A DNA stretch of 64,000 nucleotides from Gemmatimonas sp. (lineage in GTDB: Bacteria > Gemmatimonadota > Gemmatimonadetes > Gemmatimonadales > Gemmatimonadaceae). Below the pieces are notes generated by a model. That model saw only the letters and a list, made by a program, of their open reading frames with translations. It had not been told where the DNA came from and searched no databases. Below, piece after piece: positions 16,173 to 27,518 of the stretch. Where the stretch lies: positions 32,001 through 96,000 of the forward strand of contig JANNVQ010000029.1 in the NCBI GenBank assembly GCA_031414535.1, read 5' to 3'. The number at the start of each line of letters is the position of its first letter. The first letter of the stretch is position 1. The position numbers and the translations under genes were made by a program.

Positions 16173-18523
16173 GCCGCGCGCAGGAGTTTGAGCGCCACCA
16201 GCGTTTCGTTGAGGGCTTGTTCGAGTCCTGTGAGCATCGGATAGAGCGCGAGGTCATCCGCCACCTGCGACGCTTCCTCGACGGACCTGGCGGCCTCTTC
16301 TACAGCCACGGCTCCGAGTTGCGCGGCCGATCCCCGGAGAGAGTGCGCAGAGCGTTCCATCGCGTCCCGGTCTCCTCGCCCCAGCGCATCACGCAAGGCT
16401 TGCATGCGGCCCGGGCCGGCTGCCACGAACGAGTCGGTGATGGCGTCCGCGGCGGCACCGGTTTTGTCGAGCCGCCGCAAGACTTCGAGCCGCGACTCCT
16501 CAATGAGCGTGGCGCGGACCAATCGGGGCATTCGCGTGAGCGTGCTCTCCTCAACGGCGGCCAACTGTTCCTGCTCCGGCAGCCAGCGCGCCAGTATTTC
16601 GCCTAAGGATTCCGGCGAGATGGGCTTCGGCAGTACATCATCCATCCCGCAATCGAGGGCCTTTCTTCGGTCCTCGGGGAAGGCACTCGCCGAGCAAGCA
16701 ATCACCGGCACGCGGGTGTTTGCTGGGGTATTCGCTCGCAGTCGACGTGTCGCCTCGTAGCCATCCAGCCCTGGCATGGATCCGTCCATCAACACGAGAT
16801 CCCAATGCGCCTCTGCAACCATGCGCAGGCATTCGTAACCATCCGACGCTAGTTCAACGAAGCAGCCTTCGCGTTCCAACATCAGCTTGCCCACCAACTG
16901 ATTCACGGGGTTATCGTCCACGAGTAGCACGCGGGCCCCGCGGAAGCGCCGAGTGGGTTTGACCGGCACCGAGGTCAAGGGAATTGCTTCTGCCAACACG
17001 CAGGGGATGGTCAAGGTAAACGTAGACCCTTCACCCGCGACGCTCGCGACCGAGATGTGTCCATCCATCAGATTGGAGATCTGCTGCGAGATGGCGAGGC
17101 CCAGCCCGGTTCCCTTTTGTCGGCGCGCTGAGGAGTCGTCCACTTGCTCGAAGTTGCGGAACAAGCGTTCCTGATCTTCCGGCGCGATGCCGATGCCAGT
17201 ATCGCGCACTGCAAACTTCAAACGCGCGTCTGGCGTGCCTGGGGCAATAATCTGCAAGTCGAGTGAGACGCTTCCGTGATCGGTGAACTTGATGGCATTG
17301 CCGACAAGATTGAGCAGGACTTGCCGCATCCGGCCGGCATCGGCCATCACGTAGGGCGGCACATCGTCAGCGATGGTGGCCGTGAGGCGGAGTCCCTTGC
17401 TGCGTGCTCCAACCTCCAAGATTGAGACCACACCGCGTACGATCTCGGAGATGGCCACCGGGGCAGGACTCAGACTCATCTTGCCGGCCTCGAGCTTGGA
17501 GAAGTCCAAGACATCGTTGACCACGGTGAGCAATGATTCTGCGGACGCGAGCAGTGTGGTAGCGAGCCGTCGCTGGTTGTCGTTGAGGGTTTCATCGAGC
17601 AAGAGTCGTGCGAGGCCAAGCACGCCGTTGAGTGGCGTGCGAATCTCGTGGCTCATGGTGGCCAAGAAGGTGCCTTTGCTCTTAGCCAGGTCTTCAGCCT
17701 GCTGCCGCGCCACCTCGCGACGCCGTGCGGCGATGCGTTCTGCCGTTACGTCGTGGCTCACCATCACGTATCCATCGAGCCCGCCGTCCACACCGTGCAG
17801 CGGCGCGATGGACCAGCGACACCACACCCTCGATCCGTCGCGTCGGCGCAGCCGCGAAACGCCAGCCACTTTGCCGCGACTGGCGGTCGCGAGCACGCGC
17901 TGAAAGCGCGCCCGCATCCCGCGGCCCTTCTTCAACTCCCAGAGCGGACGTCCCATAAGTGCAGCGACCGGCCAACCCGTCAGCGAGGCGTTCGCGCCGT
18001 TGAGGCGCTGGATATAGCCACGCGCATCGAGCAGAAGTACCGCGTGCTCCGTGATGCTCTCGAATACGGAGTTGAGTTCCTTCTCGGCGGACTGCAGGCG
18101 CGACATAGCCTCGCGCTTGTCGCTGACATCCTGTTCAATGGCAATAAATCGACCCATGCCCGCACGCTCACCGAGTATGTGCACCAGTGAGATTTCCATC
18201 CAGTACGGATTTCCGTTCTTGTGGTAGTTGACGATTTCTGTCTTCACAGGGACGCGCTCTGCGATTGCGTACCGCAGGATGGCGCGAGCGGCTTCGTCAG
18301 TGCTTGGCCCCTGCAGCGACGGGCCGGGGCGCTTGCCCCGCATTTCGTGGAGCGTGTAGCCGGAAATGCGTTCAAACGCGGCGTTTACATACAGCACGCG
18401 CTCGTCTTCGTCCGTGATGACGATACCCGCACTTGAGTACTTCGCCACCTGAGCGAGTAGCGCGTCATCAGGGGCAAGAAGAGACGCAAATTCGGATGCT
18501 TGAGCGTCTTCAGACATGGGCAC
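16169..18523 (-). CDS. Cytoplasmic hybrid sensor histidine kinase (PAS-PAS-HisKA-HATPase-REC-HPt)
   Basis: FLATMSHEIRTPLNG, NLVGNAIKFT, DTGIG, GTGLGL, LLVDD..DLVLMD..MP.LDG..KP, AHSLRGS. Confidence 0.95.
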   Translation of the reverse strand: MPMSEDAQASEFASLLAPDDALLAQVAKYSSAGIVITDEDERVLYVNAAFERISGYTLHEMRGKRPGPSLQGPSTDEAARAILRYAIAERVPVKTEIVNYHKNGNPYWMEISLVHILGERAGMGRFIAIEQDVSDKREAMSRLQSAEKELNSVFESITEHAVLLLDARGYIQRLNGANASLTGWPVAALMGRPLWELKKGRGMRARFQRVLATASRGKVAGVSRLRRRDGSRVWCRWSIAPLHGVDGGLDGYVMVSHDVTAERIAARRREVARQQAEDLAKSKGTFLATMSHEIRTPLNGVLGLARLLLDETLNDNQRRLATTLLASAESLLTVVNDVLDFSKLEAGKMSLSPAPVAISEIVRGVVSILEVGARSKGLRLTATIADDVPPYVMADAGRMRQVLLNLVGNAIKFTDHGSVSLDLQIIAPGTPDARLKFAVRDTGIGIAPEDQERLFRNFEQVDDSSARRQKGTGLGLAISQQISNLMDGHISVASVAGEGSTFTLTIPCVLAEAIPLTSVPVKPTRRFRGARVLLVDDNPVNQLVGKLMLEREGCFVELASDGYECLRMVAEAHWDLVLMDGSMPGLDGYEATRRLRANTPANTRVPVIACSASAFPEDRRKALDCGMDDVLPKPISPESLGEILARWLPEQEQLAAVEESTLTRMPRLVRATLIEESRLEVLRRLDKTGAAADAITDSFVAAGPGRMQALRDALGRGDRDAMERSAHSLRGSAAQLGAVAVEEAARSVEEASQVADDLALYPMLTGLEQALNETLVALKLLRAA

Positions 18524-18601
18524 AATGCAGTCGGGGGTGTAGGGTCTTCCCCGGTAGTGTCGGTCGCTGGCCCAGCCGCTAAAGGGCGTATCCGTTGCCC
18601 G

Positions 18602-19690
18602 CTACCGATAGTGCGCTGCCACGCGGCCACCTAGCGAGCGCCAGGCTGGGTCGTCCGTGAGCGCCGCTACGTACCAGAAGGAGAGCACGGAATCGGTCCA
18701 TGCGATGCCCTTCTCCTCCCCGAGGAATTGTTCACCGCCGGGGAAGACTCGCGTGTTGCCAATGAGCGATATCGCACCATCGCGGCCAATTCGGGTCGCC
18801 TGCCACTCGGTGCCGCGGGCAATTGCGTCCCAGAGCCGCGTGCGCAATGCGTCGTCGGGGGGCAACGCGAGCCAAGTACCAATCGCGCGAAGGAGCGCCA
18901 CTGCCTGATAGCTGCTGTCGTGGCCACCACCCTCGGTGAAGACACCGTCGGTACGCTGGAGCGCGAGGGCTGCGTCGGTGAATCGCCGCGCGGCACTGAG
19001 CGCATCGTCCCGCCCCAACCAGCGTCCCACAGTGGCCAGCGCCTGCGCATCAAAAAGCAGGCGGTTCGGTGCCGCGGCGTCGGATGTCAGCAGCACCGCT
19101 TCGCGAGCGAGCATCCAGTCAAGCGACCGTGCGATTGCGGGCCGAAGCGAATCGACCACCATCCGCGCGGCAGCGAGCGAGCTTGCATTGCGCCAGGTCG
19201 CAGAGGCGTCGAGCAGCAGCAACATTCTTCCCACCTCGCTCAGGAAGAACGCATGCCCACTAGCGATGTCGCCGGCACTCGGTGGCGGGAACCCCGCAGC
19301 GAGACTCGGAGGCGGAACGACTGGGAATCCACCGTCCGCCTGCTGATACCCGTAGGCGTACCAGAGCGCCGCCACACCCTCCGCGAGCGCGCTGGCATCA
19401 GCTGCCACGATACCGTAGCTGACTGGCGCTGAAAGCCCGATCTGAAAGCGCACGGAGAAGTACGCCGGCTTGTTCCGCGAGAGTGCGCCGCTCGCATCTG
19501 GCTTGTTGGTTGCGGCGAGGCCCTGAAGCGCCGTGACGTCAAAGGTGGCCAGCGCCTCTGCGTCCGTGAGAGCGAGCGGACTTCGTGAGACAGTCAGCGG
19601 GGCGACGGGCGCCGCGGTTGTTTTCCCGGCGCCTTCGCAGCCTGCGAGCGCGGCAATTACTGAAGCGAGCACAATCCGTAGCATACTCAT
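18602..19690 (-). CDS. Lipoprotein of unknown function, probable alpha/alpha-toroid fold
   Basis: LAGC lipobox; Q..DG.F repeats (QQADGGF, QRTDGVF); GGHDSSYQ. Start uncertain (19711/19690/19684). Confidence 0.65.
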   Translation of the reverse strand: MSMLRIVLASVIAALAGCEGAGKTTAAPVAPLTVSRSPLALTDAEALATFDVTALQGLAATNKPDASGALSRNKPAYFSVRFQIGLSAPVSYGIVAADASALAEGVAALWYAYGYQQADGGFPVVPPPSLAAGFPPPSAGDIASGHAFFLSEVGRMLLLLDASATWRNASSLAAARMVVDSLRPAIARSLDWMLAREAVLLTSDAAAPNRLLFDAQALATVGRWLGRDDALSAARRFTDAALALQRTDGVFTEGGGHDSSYQAVALLRAIGTWLALPPDDALRTRLWDAIARGTEWQATRIGRDGAISLIGNTRVFPGGEQFLGEEKGIAWTDSVLSFWYVAALTDDPAWRSLGGRVAAHYR

Positions 19691-19727
19691 TCTACGACGG
19701 ATTGCGCTCACCCGTTAAGGCGTTCGC

Positions 19728-21770
<2,043 letters not shown>

Positions 21771-22124
21771 CTAACGAGCGTCTCGACCGGTCGGTTCGCG
21801 CAGCAGTTCCCAGCGGATTTTCTTCACGCCCGTATCGCCGGTTGCGTCGTTCAGTTTGGCCACCAAACTGCGCTCCATCATCGAGAGCTCCTGCATCCAG
21901 CCGTGCGTCTTGACGCCGATGACCATCGTGCCGTCCTCCGTGATCAGTCGCGCCTGAGTCACGCCCGCAATCTGCGTTCCCACGATGCGAGGCCAGAGCT
22001 CCAACACTTGGGCGCGTTGCACGTCTGCATCGAGGCCGCTCGCCTTCAAGGCCTCGGCCAGTGACTCCGCAATCGGACGCAGCGCGTTGCGCCCACTACG
22101 ATGCTTGCGGTCCTCGTAGCTCAT
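21771..22124 (-). CDS. dciA: DUF721 / DciA-family protein
   Basis: W..IVG..IA and W.QEL motifs; classic position between recF and gyrB; ATGA overlap with recF stop. Confidence 0.85.
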   Translation of the reverse strand: MSYEDRKHRSGRNALRPIAESLAEALKASGLDADVQRAQVLELWPRIVGTQIAGVTQARLITEDGTMVIGVKTHGWMQELSMMERSLVAKLNDATGDTGVKKIRWELLREPTGRDAR

Positions 22125-23236
22125 CGAGAGAAGCTCCCGCCTTTCACGCCCCAGCGCTCGAACCGCGTGAAGCGGGCAGGAATCTCGTCCTCGCGCGGCA
22201 CGCAGAGCACACACTGTCCAACGCCTTGTTCCTCGAGCAAGCCAAGGATGCTCGCGGTGCGACGGCGATCCAACTCCGCGAAGGGATCGTCGAGCAGGAG
22301 CATGGGCACGACGCCGGTCGCGTCGCTGTGCGTGTTGGCCTCGAGCATGCGCAGGACAATCGCTGCCGTGCGCTGTTGACCCGCCGAGCCCACTTGCCGC
22401 AGGTCGTGCTCACCAAGCAGCAGGACGAGGTCGTCGCGATGCGGCCCAGCCTGCGTGAGCCCGCGTCGGCAATCGTGCTCGCGCTGACGCTCCAACTGCG
22501 CCAGCAACTCCGCGCGCGGATCATCGGATACGGCGGCCGTGCCCTCATAGGTGAGTGCTGCCACCTGCGTCTCGCCGATTGCGAGGCACAGCGCCGTGAA
22601 GTCGGCGGCCCGCGCGGCCGTCCACGCGCGTCTCTCAAGCACCAACACCGCGCCATATTCGGCCAGTGCCGGTTCCCAGGCCGCAGCCGATGCAAGCCCA
22701 CTCTTGTTGGCACCGCGCTTCTGTGCTTCTCGCAGCGCCGCATTCCGACGCAAAAGCGCCGCGCGGTACTTCCTGAGAGCGCTTAAGTAAGACGGAGACG
22801 TGAGCGCGAGCGTGATATCGAGATAGCGTCTCCGCTCCGCTGGCGCGCCGGCAATCAAGTCCACGTCACGCGGCGAGAAGCTCACACTCGGCAGCGCATC
22901 CAAGCTGTCACTGAGCTTTTCGGGCTCGGCGCCGTCAAGCGTGACCTTCTTGCGGCCGCCGCGATCAACGCCGACTCCTGCGCGCTGCGCCGTGACATTC
23001 TCCAGTTCGGCGCTCAGGTGAAACGCTGGTGCGCCAAAGCGAATGAGCTCACGATCTCGCGCACCACGCAAGGAACGCAGCAAGCGGAAGTAAGCGATGA
23101 CCTCCACGGCGTTCGTCTTGCCTTGGCCATTCTCGCCGACGAGCGCGAGGCCTTCTGGCGGGAAGCTCAGCTCCGCCTGCGCGATGTTGCGAAAGTCGCG
23201 GACGGTCAGGGAGCGAAGCTGCGCAGCCTTACGCAC
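22121..23236 (-). CDS. recF: DNA replication/repair protein RecF
   Basis: DFRN, GENGQGKTN, ERRRYLD, GPHRDD, SAGQQR, LLLDD.FAELD; start GTG 23236. Confidence 0.95.
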   Translation of the reverse strand: MRKAAQLRSLTVRDFRNIAQAELSFPPEGLALVGENGQGKTNAVEVIAYFRLLRSLRGARDRELIRFGAPAFHLSAELENVTAQRAGVGVDRGGRKKVTLDGAEPEKLSDSLDALPSVSFSPRDVDLIAGAPAERRRYLDITLALTSPSYLSALRKYRAALLRRNAALREAQKRGANKSGLASAAAWEPALAEYGAVLVLERRAWTAARAADFTALCLAIGETQVAALTYEGTAAVSDDPRAELLAQLERQREHDCRRGLTQAGPHRDDLVLLLGEHDLRQVGSAGQQRTAAIVLRMLEANTHSDATGVVPMLLLDDPFAELDRRRTASILGLLEEQGVGQCVLCVPREDEIPARFTRFERWGVKGGSFSR

Positions 23237-24020
23237 CCTTGAAGCTCGGCGCGCGTTTCTCGAGGAATGCTTGCGTCCCCTCGCGCATATCGGCGCTGCG
23301 GCCAAGTATGCCGAAGTGCGAACTCTCCAGCGCGAGCGCTTGATCGAGCGGCAGACCTGCGCCCTCGGCCACCACTTGGATGGCGTGCGCGAGCGCTAGG
23401 GGGCCATTCGCCGACATCTCCTTGGCCATCGAACGCGCCACATCCATCAGCGCCTCTACAGGATATACGGCGTTCACTAATCCGTAATTCAGCGCGGTGC
23501 TGGCGTCGATCATCCCAGCGGTGAGAATCATCTGCATGGCGCGGCCCGTGCCGATGAGCCGCGGCAGGCGCTGCGTGCCACCGTAGCCCGGAATGAGTCC
23601 CAGCTTTGCCTCTGGTAGGCCGAACTTGGCGCCCTCGCTGGCCACACGAATATGGCAGGCGAGGGCAAGTTCCAGTCCGCCACCGAGTGCAAATCCATTG
23701 ATGGCCGCAATAACCGGCTTGTTCAGCCGCTCAATCTTGCTGAACACCCGCGTGCCCGCCAGGCTCAGGGCTTCAAGGCCCGCCGGCGACTCCGCGCCTG
23801 CCGCGACCTCGGCGATGTCAGCTCCCGCCACGAAGGCTCGCCCGGCTCCGGTCAAGATGATCACGCGCACTGCAGCGGTTTGCGAGAGCTCTGTGAACGC
23901 TTTGTCCAACTCGGCGATCACCGTGGAGTTGAGCGCGTTCAGCTTGTCTGGACGGTTGACCGTGACGATGGCCAGTGCGTCTGAAATCTCGAGTGTCAGG
24001 AACGTGAATGGCGTGGTCAT
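23229..24020 (-). CDS. Enoyl-CoA hydratase / crotonase
   Basis: NRPDKLNALN, FVAGADI, NGFALGGGLELALAC, PE..LG.IPG.GGTQRL. Confidence 0.95.
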   Translation of the reverse strand: MTTPFTFLTLEISDALAIVTVNRPDKLNALNSTVIAELDKAFTELSQTAAVRVIILTGAGRAFVAGADIAEVAAGAESPAGLEALSLAGTRVFSKIERLNKPVIAAINGFALGGGLELALACHIRVASEGAKFGLPEAKLGLIPGYGGTQRLPRLIGTGRAMQMILTAGMIDASTALNYGLVNAVYPVEALMDVARSMAKEMSANGPLALAHAIQVVAEGAGLPLDQALALESSHFGILGRSADMREGTQAFLEKRAPSFKGA

Positions 24021-24043
24021 ACGTACAATCTATACATTCGGGT
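24021..24043. promoter_or_regulatory. Overlapping divergent -10 elements (TAGATT minus, TACATT plus) for two leaderless genes
   Basis: 23-bp AT-rich gap; -10 hexamers lie 6 and 5 nt before the respective start codons; no SD. Confidence 0.6.
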
Positions 24044-25114
24044 GTGACCACGACTGCCATCAAGACCGTGCAGTGGGCGCCGGACGGGGCGCTCCGCATC
24101 ATTGACCAGCGCCTGCTCCCGGAGGAGTACCTGGAGCGCGATTTGCGCAGTGTGGCCGAGGTGGCGGACGCCATCCGCACGCTTGCGGTGCGTGGAGCGC
24201 CGGCGATCGGTGTGGCGGCGGCGATGGGCCTCGCGGCGGCCGTGGACGCCGAGCGTGCCGTGGGGCGTATCAAGGATGCGGCCAGTCTTCGGCGCTTTGT
24301 GCAGGAGGCTGCGAGCATCTTACGCGCCACGCGGCCCACCGCCGTCAATCTTGCCTGGGCGCTTGATCGGATGCTCCGCCTCCTCGACGCCGACACGCGA
24401 GACGATGCGGCGGCGCTCGCGGCGGCAGTGCGCGGCGAAGCCGAGTGCATTCGGGCGGAGGACGCGGCCATGTGCGACGCGATTGGGCAGAATGGTCGCG
24501 CGTTGCTCAAGGACGGCATGCGCGTGCTCACGCACTGCAACGCCGGCGCGCTGGCAACGGCGGGAATCGGTACAGCGTTGGCACCCGTGTACGCGGCACA
24601 GCGCGCGGGGTTGCGCATCGAGGTCTACGCCGACGAAACGCGACCGCTCTTGCAAGGCGCGAGGCTTACGGCCTGGGAGCTGTCCCGCGCGGGTGTGCCG
24701 GTCACTGTGATCACTGACGGCATGGCCGCGAGCCTGATGGCCGCGGGCAAGGTTGATATCGTGCTGGTCGGTGCAGATCGCATTGCCGCCAATGGCGATA
24801 CGGCCAACAAAATCGGCACTTACGCGCTAGCCGTGTTGGCCAAGCACCATCGCATTCCATTCGTAGTTGTGGCGCCCACGAGTACGGTTGATGCCCATAC
24901 GCTGACCGGCGATGCGATTCCAATTGAACAACGCGATGCGAGCGAAGTTACGCATGTGGCTGGAAAGCGCGTCGCGGCATCGGGTGCGATGGTGTTTAAC
25001 CCGGCCTTCGACGTGACGCCGGGCGCGCTCATCACGCACATTGTCACCGAAGAAGCCGTGTTGGTGCCACCGTTTCATTTTGACCACTCGCCCATCTCCT
25101 TGCCTCCGGCTTGA
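24044..25114 (+). CDS. mtnA: S-methyl-5-thioribose-1-phosphate isomerase
   Basis: DQRLLP, VRGAPAIG, RPTAVNL, THCNAGALAT, DETRPLLQGARLT, GADRI..NGD.ANKIG. Confidence 0.95.
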   Translation: MTTTAIKTVQWAPDGALRIIDQRLLPEEYLERDLRSVAEVADAIRTLAVRGAPAIGVAAAMGLAAAVDAERAVGRIKDAASLRRFVQEAASILRATRPTAVNLAWALDRMLRLLDADTRDDAAALAAAVRGEAECIRAEDAAMCDAIGQNGRALLKDGMRVLTHCNAGALATAGIGTALAPVYAAQRAGLRIEVYADETRPLLQGARLTAWELSRAGVPVTVITDGMAASLMAAGKVDIVLVGADRIAANGDTANKIGTYALAVLAKHHRIPFVVVAPTSTVDAHTLTGDAIPIEQRDASEVTHVAGKRVAASGAMVFNPAFDVTPGALITHIVTEEAVLVPPFHFDHSPISLPPA

Positions 25115-25124
25115 GGGAGTTTCC

Positions 25125-26606
25125 GTGCGCCACGTTCTTGCGCTCGATCAAGGCACCACCGGTTCAACCGCACTCGTTATCGCCGAGGATGGGCGAGTGG
25201 TGGGCCGCGGCTATCGTGAAATCACGCAGCATTTTCCAGAGCCTGGCTGGGTAGAGCACGACGCCGAGGAGATTTTCGCGCGCACGATGGAAGCGGCGCG
25301 CGATGCTTTGGCGCTGGCGAACGTGAGGCCCGAGGCCGTGGGTATCACGAACCAGCGCGAGACTATCGTGCTCTGGGATCGGAAGACGGGCAAGCCGCTG
25401 GAACGGGCGATCGTGTGGCAAGACCGTCGTACTACGCGGCGCTGTGCGGCTTTGCGTGAGGCGGGGCAGGCACCGGCCATTTATGCCGCAACGGGACTCG
25501 TCACCGACCCATACTTTAGCGCCACCAAGCTCGAGTGGCTGCTCAAGGAGCGGGCGCGCGGAGTCTCTCCGGACAATCTTGCGGCCGGAACCATTGATAG
25601 CTGGCTAGTGTGGAAGCTCACCAACGGCGCGGTACACGCGACTGATCCAACTAATGCTTCGCGCACTATGCTCTTCGACATCGGAGCGAAGCAGTGGAGC
25701 GAGCAACTCTGCGCACTATTTGGAGTGCCGCTCGGGATTCTCCCGGAGGTGCGAGCGTCGTCGAGTGACTTCGGGGTCGCGGCCGCCGAACATTTCGGTA
25801 TGAGTTTGCCAATCCTCGGCGTCGCGGGTGATCAACAGTCGGCGCTGTTTGGCCAAGGCTGCTGGAGCGCCGGGCAAAGCAAGAACACCTATGGAACGGG
25901 TGCTTTCTTGCTCTTTCACACCGGCAATACGCGGCCAGTGGGTGGGCATGGGATGCTCACTACGCTCAGCTGCGATGCCGAGGGCAAGGCGGCCTACGCT
26001 CTTGAGGCAAGCATTTTTGTTGCGGGTGCCGCCGTGCAGTGGCTGCGCGACGGACTTGGTCTGGTGGCCCGTGCGGGTGAGACCGAAGCGATGGCGCGTT
26101 CGCTCGAGAGCAATGACGGCGTGTACTTCGTGCCAGCACTCACGGGGCTCGGTGCACCGCACTGGGAGCCAGAGGCGCGCGGGACCATCGTTGGCCTGAC
26201 GCGCGGTACATCGCGGGATCATCTTGTCCGCGCCGCACTTGAGGCGATGGCGTATGGAACGGCTGACGTGCTTGAGGCCATGCGCGGCGCGAGCGGCGCA
26301 CCGCTCGATGTGTTGCGTGTAGATGGTGGCGCGGCGCAGAACGATTGGTTGATGCAGTTTCAATCTGACGTGCTCGGCGTGCCAGTGGAGCGGCCTGATC
26401 TTGTGGAGACCACGGCACTTGGCGCGGCTGGACTGGCCGGCATCGCGGGTGGTGTGTGGCCGAATGCGCAGGCGTTTCACGCCTCGCGAAAGTTCTCGCG
26501 CTTTGAGCCCGCACCTGGTGCAAACGTGGCGAAAGCCGGACTCGGCGGTTGGCGTCGTGCGACGCGTGCAGCTGTCAGTTGGGCGCGGGATAAGGACAAC
26601 GGATGA
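25125..26606 (+). CDS. glpK: Glycerol kinase
   Basis: DQGTTG, GITNQRET, WQDRRT, YFSATK, GDQQSALFGQ, KNTYGTG; GAGG SD before GTG 25125. Confidence 0.95.
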   Translation: MRHVLALDQGTTGSTALVIAEDGRVVGRGYREITQHFPEPGWVEHDAEEIFARTMEAARDALALANVRPEAVGITNQRETIVLWDRKTGKPLERAIVWQDRRTTRRCAALREAGQAPAIYAATGLVTDPYFSATKLEWLLKERARGVSPDNLAAGTIDSWLVWKLTNGAVHATDPTNASRTMLFDIGAKQWSEQLCALFGVPLGILPEVRASSSDFGVAAAEHFGMSLPILGVAGDQQSALFGQGCWSAGQSKNTYGTGAFLLFHTGNTRPVGGHGMLTTLSCDAEGKAAYALEASIFVAGAAVQWLRDGLGLVARAGETEAMARSLESNDGVYFVPALTGLGAPHWEPEARGTIVGLTRGTSRDHLVRAALEAMAYGTADVLEAMRGASGAPLDVLRVDGGAAQNDWLMQFQSDVLGVPVERPDLVETTALGAAGLAGIAGGVWPNAQAFHASRKFSRFEPAPGANVAKAGLGGWRRATRAAVSWARDKDNG

Positions 26607-26932
26607 CGTTCCCAGTCGTGCTGCTATTGGGCTCATTCCAGTTTGGTGCGCCGCCGGAGCGGGCGCCGGAGGACCCGTGGCTGGGCCGAGACAAGCTCTA
26701 CCACTTTGTGGGATCTGCCGTGATTCAAGGCACTGGGCACGCATTGGGGCGCGCGGCGGGGCTGGATTACCGCGATGCGGCTTGGACCGCGGCGGGACTC
26801 ACGCTGTCTGTTGGGATTGGGAAGGAGCTCCACGACCGCGCGGACGGACGATTCTTCTCGTGGCGGGACCTCAGCGCTGACGTAGCTGGGGGCGGAGTCG
26901 CAGCCGTGACGGCGAGACAGCTCGACCGTTGA
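26603..26932 (+). CDS. YfiM/DUF2279-like small membrane protein
   Basis: D.W.G.DK..HF, GIGKEL.D and FSWRDL.AD motifs. Confidence 0.75.
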   Translation: MTFPVVLLLGSFQFGAPPERAPEDPWLGRDKLYHFVGSAVIQGTGHALGRAAGLDYRDAAWTAAGLTLSVGIGKELHDRADGRFFSWRDLSADVAGGGVAAVTARQLDR

Positions 26933-27032
26933 CTGGTCGCGTCGCCGAGACACAGAACCTCGACGCAGTCCGCGGGGCCACCCAAACGGGTAGCCTGAGA
27001 TATATTTCACGCATTCTCGACCAGTGGAGTAT

Positions 27033-27515
27033 ATGATGCACCCCCGCACCAAGTTCCTCCTCGGAGGCGCTGTCGTACTCGGCGCCGCAGGCGTCCTGAT
27101 GGCCGGTGCCATTAAGGACACCGGCATTTATTTCCTGATGCCCGCCGAGCTCGAAGCCAAAGTCGCCCAAGATCCTTCGATTGTGGGAATCGGCGTGAAG
27201 GTTGGTGCCAAGGTTGTGCCGGGCACCGTACAACGCGATTCCTCCGGCCGCATGGTCTCCTTTGACATGACTGACGGGACGGCGACGTATCCGGTGGTGT
27301 ACCGCGGAATTATTCCCGACACGTTCTCGGATTCCGTTGAAGTGGTGGTCGAAGGCCGCCTCGATTCCAAGGGTGTCTTTCAGGCCACGACGCTGCTCGC
27401 CAAGTGCGCGTCGCGCTACGAGGCCACGCCTGAGAGCTACGAAGCCATGCGCGAAGCGATGAAGAACGGCGCTGCGATGCCGGCATCGCACGACAGCACA
27501 GCAAAACAGTACTAA
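27033..27515 (+). CDS. ccmE: Cytochrome c maturation heme chaperone CcmE, CxxxY variant
   Basis: N-terminal TM, YF..P.E, V.Y.GI.PDTF, VVEG, LLAKCASRY. Confidence 0.9.
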   Translation: MMHPRTKFLLGGAVVLGAAGVLMAGAIKDTGIYFLMPAELEAKVAQDPSIVGIGVKVGAKVVPGTVQRDSSGRMVSFDMTDGTATYPVVYRGIIPDTFSDSVEVVVEGRLDSKGVFQATTLLAKCASRYEATPESYEAMREAMKNGAAMPASHDSTAKQY

Positions 27516-27518
27516 GCC

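Noticed and set aside
26932..27025. Structured leader before ccmE (ACTGGTCG/CGACCAGT, GCGTCG/CGACGC)
   Set aside because: Short stems are expected at this GC content, and a likely -10 (TATATT) lies inside.
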